DNA of 64,000 nt, from NCBI GenBank assembly GCA_964016885.1, contig OZ024759.1, positions 35,526,001 through 35,590,000 on the forward strand, written 5' to 3'. Source of the stretch: Eledone cirrhosa. Lineage: Eukaryota. The notes beneath the pieces are model-generated. The model was given only the letters and a program-made list of their open reading frames with translations, did no database searches and had not been told where the DNA came from. A program made the position numbers and the translations under genes. Of the stretch, positions 54,753 to 64,000 are shown in pieces; the first letter of the stretch is position 1; every line of letters starts with the position of its first letter.

Positions 54753-55465
54753 GTCGATACAAGTCGAGGCTATTGCAAATAGTACCAGTTTCATACAATT
54801 AATAAAACCAGTTTACATATTTCTTTTACATTCTCTTTTATTATGTTTTTATAATTATCATTTCCCTTGTAACTGGACCTTTTCTGTTTTAAAATCCATT
54901 AAAAAATGATTTTTGGGTGGTGTTGGAGGGGCAGGAATGGATTGTTTATATCTTAATTAATTTCAATGAGGAAAATTGATTTGTGAAACAAGGAAATCAT
55001 AAAACGAGCTCAGTCATGGAACAAATTCAACTCTTACTCAGTTCAAATCCCGCCGAGGTTAACTTTGCCTTTCATCCTTACGGGGTCGATAAAATAAAGT
55101 ACCAGTAATGTACTGGATATTTGCTGGCCTTGTGCCAAAAGTAGAAACAATTATATATATATATATACGAGCAAGACAACCAATCTTGCCTCAAGTGGGA
55201 AAATTCCCGTCCAAACCCATGCTAGCGTGGAAGATGGACGTTAAATGATGATGATGATGATGATGATATATATAATACCAGTCAAGTACTGGGGTCGATT
55301 TTTCCTCTATATCTCTTTCTCATTTCCTCTCTCTCCCTTTCTATCTTTCTGTGGAAGAAATCTGCTGTACTCAGGCCCCAGGGTTGGGCTCCACCAGGCT
55401 TAAAACACCCAAGAAACACTGTATATCAATACGCCACCCCTATCACTCTATCAGGAGTTACAGAT

Positions 55466-56815
55466 CCATACCATATATATATATACCATACCATACCATA
55501 TATATATATACCATGCCATATATATATATATATATATACCATACCATATATATATATACCATACCATATATATATATACCATACCATATATATATATATA
55601 TATATACCATACCATATATATATATATACCATACCATACCATATATATATATATATACCATACCATATATATACCATACCATACCATATATATATATACC
55701 ATGCCATATATATATATATATATATACCATACCATATATATATATATATATATACCATACCATATATATATATATACCATACCATACCATATATATATAT
55801 ATATACCATACCATATATATATATATATATATACCATACCATATATATATATACCATACCATACCATATATATATATACCATACCATATATATATATATA
55901 TATATACCATACCATATATATATATATATATATACCATACCATATATATATATATATATATACCATACCATATATATATATATACCATACCATACCATAT
56001 ATATATATACCATACCATATATATATATATATATATACCATACCATACCATATATATATATACCATACCATATATATATATACCATACCATATATATATA
56101 TACCATACCATATATATATATACCATACCATATATATATATACCATACCATATATATATATATATACCATACCATATATATATATACCATACCATATATA
56201 TACCATACCATATATATATATACCATACCATATATATATATATACCATATATATACCAATACACATATTCACACCTCCATTCTGCAGATTCACTGAAAGC
56301 CAATCTATATTTAACCTTAACACACCACCACCACTACTACTAGCACCACCACCACCACCATCACTGTCACCACCACCATCACTACCACCACTACCACCAC
56401 CACCACCACCACCATCACTACCACCACCACCACCATCACTACCACCACCACCACCATCACTACCACCACCACCACCATCACTACCATCTCTACCACCACC
56501 ACCACCACCACCACCATCACTACCACCACCACCACCATCTCTACCACCACCACCATCACTACCACCACCACCACCACCACCACCATCACTACCACCACCA
56601 CCACCACCATCACTACCACCACCACCACCACCACCACCACCACCACCACCACCACCACCACCACCACCACCACCACCACCACCACCACCACCACCACCAC
56701 CACCACCACCACCACCACCACCACCACCACCACCACCACCACCACCACCACCACCACCACCACCACCACCACCACCACCACCACCATCATCACTACCACC
56801 ACCACCACCATCACT
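55466..56815. repeat. (CCATA)/(TA)n compound microsatellite, then a (CAC)n tract from ~56322
   Basis: Direct inspection. Confidence 0.95.
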
Positions 56816-57135
56816 TCTATAACATACATTCTATAACATACATTCACTACAGAACTAATCATCAGTCACAGTGGTATTGATACCACCAAATATTGATTGA
56901 ATCTGATGATATTAATAACCGGCATTGATCTGTTGTTCATTGCTCAGCTTGTTAATCAGTTTATTGATTTTCTTCGTTTCTATTCTAGTGACACACTCTC
57001 AGAAATATACCTTAATATATAGCACTCAGGCATGTGACGGGTATATATATACACATATATATATATATATATATATATTAATGGTCGCTTATAATATGGT
57101 ACGTCAAAATTATTTATAAAACTGTTTATATATTG

Positions 57136-57201
57136 TATTTTATCTGACGAAGGCATGCCATATCTTTAATATGGTATCCCTGAAATATGTATAATGAAAT
57201 A
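57136..57201 (+). ncRNA. Type I hammerhead motif, third copy of family A
   Basis: tattttatCTGACGAagg...ccctGAAATATGTATAatgaaata; substitutions keep the stems paired. Confidence 0.72.
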
Positions 57202-57241
57202 AATATGGTTTTATAAATATAGTTTCAATTTGTTTAATATC

Positions 57242-57278
<37 letters not shown>

Positions 57279-58868
57279 TATCATCATCATCATCATCTTC
57301 GTTTAACATCCATCTTCCACGCTAGCATGGGCTACACGGGAGTTGTCCAACTTGAGGCAAGGTTGGTCGGGTAACCGTGTCTCTCCCTCATATAGGACTA
57401 TCTGGCAGGTTTTCTACGGCTGGGTGCCCTTCCTAACACCAACCACATTTACAGTGTGGAACTGGGAACTTTTTACCGTGTTACCTACACGGCCACATTA
57501 AAGTGTGGACTGTGTGTTTTTTTCCTCGTGACACCTACACGATCTCGATCTCATTATCTCATTTATTTGGACTGGATGTTGTGGTACCAACTTTACAGAG
57601 AGAGGGTGGTGTTGGTGGGAGTGGGAATAAATTAACTGATATAAAAAATACAGAAGCGAAAACCGACCAAACAGTGAGTGTGTTCTGTTATTAATTCTGG
57701 CAATATTATTACAACAATATGACCCTCCCCAAGTATATAATATATATATATATAATCATCGTTTTTATGTCTGTTTTTCCACACTTACATGGGTTGGATG
57801 GGTCCATTTCAGGACAGCATCTCTCCACATGCTGCGTTCCTTGTCATCTCCTCTGTGAGTTTCAGTGATTTGAGATCAGTTTTAACAACCTCTGCCCAGG
57901 TTTTTGTTGGTCTACCTCTACTGTGGCTTCCTTGCGTTGGGATTTCCTGACACTTCTTCACCCAACGATCATTGTCCATACACATCACATGTCCATACCA
58001 GCACAGTCTTCTCTCTTACACACCATCTCGGATTCCTGGTAAACCCAGCTTCTCTCTCAGCTCATCCAAGCTCTGCCTTTCTCTCACACTTACATGGCCT
58101 ATCGAATGAAGCATGGTTGCTTCATTTCTCCCAAGTCCTCAACACCGTTACAGTCACTGCCCATGTTTCACTATCATGCAGCATTGCACATTGCACACGG
58201 ACATCATACAGTTATCCTTTTGTCTGTACGGAGGAAGAAACATTTTGTGGTCAACAGTGGCAGTAGCTTGCTAAACTTCTTCCACCCTATCCTTACGATT
58301 GTGAATCCAATTCTCTAACCACTAAGCAACACATCTTCACCTATATATTCATATATATATTTATTATATTCCAGCTATGGCTATATGGCTTCTAATTGAA
58401 GGAAGTATGGGTGGCGTATTGGTGCAATGGTAACACATTGGTCCGGCAAACCAAAGATGTGAGTTCGTGTCCCAGGTACGTCAATACTCATCCTTTTTTT
58501 TCCATTCAGAGGTTTTTTAAAATCCCAACAAACTAATTCTATTTAGTCAAATATGGCGTAAGCACACGTTACTATATATCATCATCATCATCATCATCTT
58601 TGTTTAACGTCCATCTTCCATGCTAGCATGGGTTAGACGGGATATATATATATATATCATCATCATCATTTTACGTCCGCTTTTTCCTGCTTGCAAGGGT
58701 GGGACAGGAACTGATTCTGGCTCGATTTCTACAGCTGGATGCCCTCCCTAACACCAACCTCATTTACAGTGAGTGCTGGGTGCTTTTTTGCCGTGGCACC
58801 TCCGTAGAGTGCTTCCAATCTACTGTAAAACTCATTCTTTGATGTACTCATTGAATCTTGTTTAACTC

Positions 58869-58910
<42 letters not shown>

Positions 58911-59153
58911 AAATCAGTCCACTATTTACGTCATCAAAGTTCTTCTCTCTTCTCGACGTAAATAAAAACAGATTTGAAATGCTGTCTCACCTGGATGTCA
59001 GTCAAGAAATTGATAAAGTAAAATAGATTTTTCACTCATCTCTCCCACCTCTCCCCCACCACTATCACCTCTCATCTATTCACCCCCACCACTCCCCCTT
59101 TCTCGCCTCTCCCAAATATGACTCATTTCGTCCTACTTTGAATCTACAGAGAT

Positions 59154-59154
<1 letters not shown>

Positions 59155-59189
<35 letters not shown>

Positions 59190-59978
59190 GCTCTCTCTCT
59201 CCCCCTCTCGCTCTCACTATGTTGCTCTCTCTCTCCCCCTCTCACTCTGTTGCTCTCTCTCCCCCCTCTCTCACTCTGTTGCTCTCTCTCTCTCCCCTCT
59301 CACTCTGTTGCTCTCTCTCTGTTGCTCTCTCTCTCCCCCACTCTCTCTCTACCCCTCTCTCTCTCACTCTGTTGCTCTCTCTCCCCCTCTCTCTCTCACT
59401 CTGTTGCTCTATCTCCCCCTCTCTCTCTCACTGTTGCTCTCTCTCCCCCTCTCTCCCTCACTCTGTTGCTCTCTCTCTGTGTTGATCCCCTCGTTCTCTC
59501 TGTTGCTCTCTCCCTCTCTCTCTCTCTGTTGATCCCCCTCGTTCTGTGTTGCTCTCTCTCCCCTTCTACCACTCCTCTGTGACTCCTTCCCTCTCCCCCT
59601 CCTTCCTCCATTAACTACACTCAAAAACGTTTTTTTTCTCTATTGATATTTTGTCAATATCTACACCAACTCCCTCCCTCCCTCACTCACACCAACACCC
59701 TCCCTCACTCACACCAACACCCTCCCTCCCTCACTCACACCAACTCCCTTCCTCCCTCACTCACACCAACTCCCTTCCTCCCTCACTCATGCCCACTCAT
59801 ACCTACACCCTCATCATCACCATCACCATCACCATCACCATCACCATCATCATCGCCATCACCATCACCACCAACATCACCATAAACAACATCATCATCA
59901 TCATCACCACCACCATAAACATCATCATCATCACCATAAACATCATCATCATCATCACCATCACCATCACCACCATCA
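59155..59978. repeat. CT-rich and (CAT/CAC)n low-complexity block
   Basis: Direct inspection. Confidence 0.9.
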
Positions 59979-60764
59979 GTTAACATCTGTTTTCCTTGCT
60001 AACTAGGGACTGAACAGTTTATAACATCTAAAGAGGATTAATTTTGTTACCCAACTTCTCACTTTGGTATCTACACCTTTCTCCAGCCACAACCGGTCAC
60101 TCCCCGACAGGTTTGCGGTCATACCCTTGGCAGTGGGGACTTCTGGTGTCCTCGGCCCTAGGGCTACCTCCCTACTCACCACCATAGGCGCTGAGCTGGC
60201 CAGCCGCAGGTGTGAGCCTCGCGGAATAGCTTTTCCAGCACGTCTCCCTTGCTGTCCTCCGGGGAAACCCCTTCTCCATTCTGTCTGCTGGGGCTGTGGG
60301 GAGTAATGTAAATACTAAAGGGTTAAACCAGCCATATCTGGCCAGAATACCCTCACCTCTTTCTATTCAAACTGGTTATACTTATGTTAAGGTATTGTTC
60401 TCAAAATAAATACTATCAAAATTTCATAGATTTGATATTATGTGAGGTAAAGCCTTTACCATGGAAATACAATAGTATATTATAGAGTGATGTAAATGTT
60501 ATGTGAGATATTATGTGAGGTAAAGCCTCTACTGTGAAAATACAATAGTATATATAGAGTAGTGTAAATGCTAAAAGGTTAAAATCATGAATAATTCCGA
60601 AAACCGTAGCTAATAAAACAGAACTTATAAAAAGTCATAAAACAGATTTTATAAGGAGTTATAAAACAGATATAAAGAGTTACAAAACATATTATAAATA
60701 GTTATAAAACAGATATAATAAACTGTAGCAAATGTTAAAATAAAATCTACATCTGTGTACTTAC

Positions 60765-60775
60765 ATGAATGAGAT
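60765..60775 (-). other. Candidate 11-nt 5'UTR microexon
   Basis: ctaat branch motif, then ccttttcttttaatctcttataag|ATCTCATTCAT|gtaagt. Confidence 0.35.
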
Positions 60776-61017
60776 CTTATAAGAGATTAAAAGAAAAGGT
60801 ATTAGATTACTTAGTATGGATTATCTCCCCATAATCAATGTAGAAAATATCCAAGAGGGGTATATAGTATCATTTGTAGAGAACTAGTAGTAGATATCTC
60901 AATGTATAATATCACTTGTAGAAATCTGTTGGTATAAATTACAATGTATCTCTTGTAGAATACCAGTTATGTAGAATTTAGTGTCAATACCACTAGCAGA
61001 GAATTAGTTGTATTATT

Positions 61018-61622
61018 TGTAGAGAACTGTTAGTATACAGTCCAGTGTATGATATCACATGTAGAGAACTATTAGTATACAATCCAGTGTGTGATATCAC
61101 ATGTAGAGAACTGTTAGTATACTGTCCAGTGTATGATATCACATGTAGAGAACTGTTAGTATACTGTCCAGTGTATGATATCACATGTAGAGAATCACTT
61201 TTCATCCAGCTTTGGTATACAAATGAGACCAGTTGTAGAGAACCAGAGGTAAACAATGCAATCCAAGCTGAGCCAAGCCAAGTTGAGCTAAGCTAATCCA
61301 ATCCAATCCAAGCTGAGCCAAGCCAAGTTGAGCTAAGCTAATCCAATCCAATCCAAGCTGAGCCAGGCCAAGTTGAGCTAAGCTAATTCAATCCAAGGCA
61401 ATCCAGTGCAAGCTGAGCCAATCTAATCCATCCGTGCCATCCAATCTGAGTCAATCCAATCCAATCTAAGCTGAGCCAAGCCAAGTTGAGCCAAGCCAAG
61501 TTGAGCTAAGCTAATTCAATCCAAGGCAATCCAGTGCAAGCTGAGCCAAGCCAAGTTGAGCCAAGCCAGTCCAATCCAATACAAGCTGAGCCAATCCACT
61601 CCACTCCACTCCAATCCAAGCC
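61018..61622. repeat. 42-bp tandem repeat (~61018-61195) and pentamer-based satellite (~61258-61622)
   Basis: gtagagaactgttagtatactgtccagtgtatgatatcacat; aatcc/aagcc/gagct units. Confidence 0.9.
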
Positions 61623-62049
61623 CAGACTTACGGCAGCAATAAAGACCACATGGTGATATACATCAAGTCAGCAAGATAGTGGTGTAGACTATGAACTATT
61701 TCTGAGAATACGTATTCAACTTTAGTTCAATAGTTTGTCATCTGGTTTGTTACATTTTCACTGATATCACTTTATAAATCTAGGTTTATTTCTTGTGTGT
61801 CTCCGATCAATATTTCCTTGTCGAGCATAGAGTAAACAACTGTGATAAGACACAGGACATATAAACAGAGGGGGGGGGGGGGTAGAAGAAAAGAAGGAGG
61901 AGGAAGAGGAGAAGAAGGAAGAGAAGAGGAGGCGGAGGAGAAAAAATAATAATGGTTTCTGATTTAAGCACAAGGCCATCAATTTTGAGAAATAATAATG
62001 TTAATAATAATAATGATAATAGTAATAATAGAGAGAGGCAAAGAGATAG

Positions 62050-62080
<31 letters not shown>

Positions 62081-62090
62081 AGGGAAATAC

Positions 62091-62145
<55 letters not shown>

Positions 62146-62149
62146 TTAC

Positions 62150-62229
62150 CTGGATATTTATCGTTAATGTTAAAATGTTATATTTTCGCACAATGCTAAC
62201 GACATTGAAGAAATATCTCGTTAACTTAC
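62150..62229 (-). other. Candidate 80-nt 5'UTR exon whose first bases are a perfect 5' splice site (recursive-site-like)
   Basis: Long polypyrimidine tract, then ttttccag|GTAAGT ... ATCCAG|gtaaga. Confidence 0.6.
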
Positions 62230-63507
62230 CTGGAAAATATAACAAAAAGAAAAAAAAGACAATATAAGAAGGTGTGACATTATTCTACCAATAATGGTGA
62301 TTGGTAGAATTTCTTTCAAATATCTTTCATATTTCAATGTTTCAATAAATAAGAAATTATGTTATCATAGAAACAAAATCCAAAACATGGATTATTTTGG
62401 CTGAAATATTAAGACTTACGAATCTCAGAATTGGTCAACCATTGAATAAAATGGCTCTTTACATTCTGAATTTAACCCTTTAGCTTTTAAACCAGCCGTA
62501 GGCGGCTAGAATACTCTCACCTCTTTCTGTTCAAACCGGCTGTAACTGGTTGCTCGTACTTATGTTAAGGTATTGTTCTCTAAATAAATATTATCAAAAT
62601 CTTGTAGATTCAATATTATGTGAGATAATTATGTAAGATAAAGCCTTTACCGTAAAAAATACAATAGTAAATATAGAGTAATGTAAATGATAAAGGGTTC
62701 AATCTTGCCAAGATCAACTTTGTCTGTCATACTTCCAGGGTTGATAAAATAAAGTAAATAAAATACCAAAAAAGTAAGGGGTTTATTTAATAAGCTTTGC
62801 CCTTTCTTCCAAAAATGTTACTGGCTTTCTGCCTCGATTTAAAATCAATCTGTGGAATTATCAGATAATCAGATGATTTCTGGCAATTTTCAGCCAACCA
62901 TGACTCAGCATACCAATAATTAAAGTCTCTCCAACCATTAATTTGTTATTATATCTACTGTGTTTACTCAAGTATAGTTAAAGTTAAAGTCTAAAGTCTG
63001 TCTCACCAGGTCGGTGTTTATTCCGGTTTCTGTGGCTTGAAGCGACTGAGAGTGCAAGACTTCCCCCTGGACAAGATCCCAGTCCATCACAGGGTTAAAG
63101 TCTCTCTCAAGTCTTGAGGCTCACCAGGCCGATGCTTATTCAACTTGGCACCAGTGACGTCACAACATATTTTTACCGCCGAGTAAACTGGAGCAATGTG
63201 AAATAAAGTGTCTCGCTCAAGGACACAACACATCACCCGGTGGTTATTTGATTTGAGAAGATTGACATCAGGTAAAGTACTGAGAAGGTAGTCAAGAGTT
63301 GTATTAATAGTATAGTTGGTGTTTTGTACCTTCTGAAGAAGAAGAGCTGGAGGAGGAGGAGGAAAGAGGGGGGTAAGGGGAGATTACTCAGCTATTAATA
63401 GTCCCACCTCTGCCAGGAGTTGCAACTGGTAGAAGGTATCAACAATGGAAAGACCAATGGAAACATTGTTTCCTTGATCCGATTTAATAAGTATCTTTGA
63501 GTTATAT

Positions 63508-64000
63508 TGTCATAGTAAGTTAGTACCATAGTATTATAATCTCATAGTAAGTTAGTACCATAGTATTATAATCTCATAGTAAGTTACTACCATAGTATTA
63601 TAATCTTATAATATGGTAGTATAATAGTACTATAGTGTGAGAATATTATAGTGTTTTGATGTCATACTATCAAAATATCATAGTAAGTTAGTACCATAGT
63701 ATTATGTCATAGTATAGTGGCACAATAGAACCATAATGTCAGAATATTAGAGTATATTAGTGGCATAGTATGATGGTATCAAAATATCATGGTAACTTAG
63801 TACCATAGTATTATAATGTTATAGTATGGTAGCATGGTAGTACCATGGTTTCAAAATAGAGTATAGTAGCTTAAAGTCATAATACTATTATGATGTCATA
63901 GTATGGTAGCACATAGTACCATCATGTCAAAATGTCATAGTATGGTAGCACATAGTACCATCATGTCAAAATGTCATAGTATGGTAGCAGCATAGTACCA
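63508..64000. repeat. Degenerate CATAGTA-rich satellite running off the window end
   Basis: Direct inspection. Confidence 0.85.

Noticed and set aside
50496-56862. Long poly-V/M, poly-P and YI-rich ORFs (extensin- or formin-like)
   Set aside because: Translations of (GGT/GAT)n, (CAC)n and (TA)n microsatellites
58388-58500. tRNA-like sequence with A/B boxes and a T-run
   Set aside because: The cloverleaf does not pair convincingly; probably a decayed SINE head or tRNA pseudogene

Overview
This is AT-rich, microsatellite-dense eukaryotic DNA that looks like an octopus/coleoid genome, judged from the repeat families and the encoded protein. It holds the complete coding region of synaptotagmin-1 on the minus strand. 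I reconstructed 8 coding positions by hand from GT-AG sites (ATG 41867 to TAA 6146, 424 aa). Several exons are missed or mis-framed by the ORF track, and almost all other ORFs are repeat artefacts. The gene shows layered RNA-level diversification: two mutually exclusive 134-nt C2B exons, a tandem acceptor giving +/-VQ, Ile248 at the residue number reported as an octopus A-to-I recoding site, and candidate 5'UTR recursive-splice and micro-exons. The introns carry SINEs, RTE-, R4/Dong- and CRE-like LINE ends, piggyBac-like MITEs and many minisatellites, several of them amplified from TE ends. The least expected signal is at least six unrelated short repeat families, mostly beside (TA)n tracts, with type I hammerhead-ribozyme folds. 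Some have non-canonical cores, and most occur as fold-back inversions breaking at or near the ribozyme; they are probably Penelope-like element relics. Repeat boundaries are approximate and all RNA structures were paired by eye.
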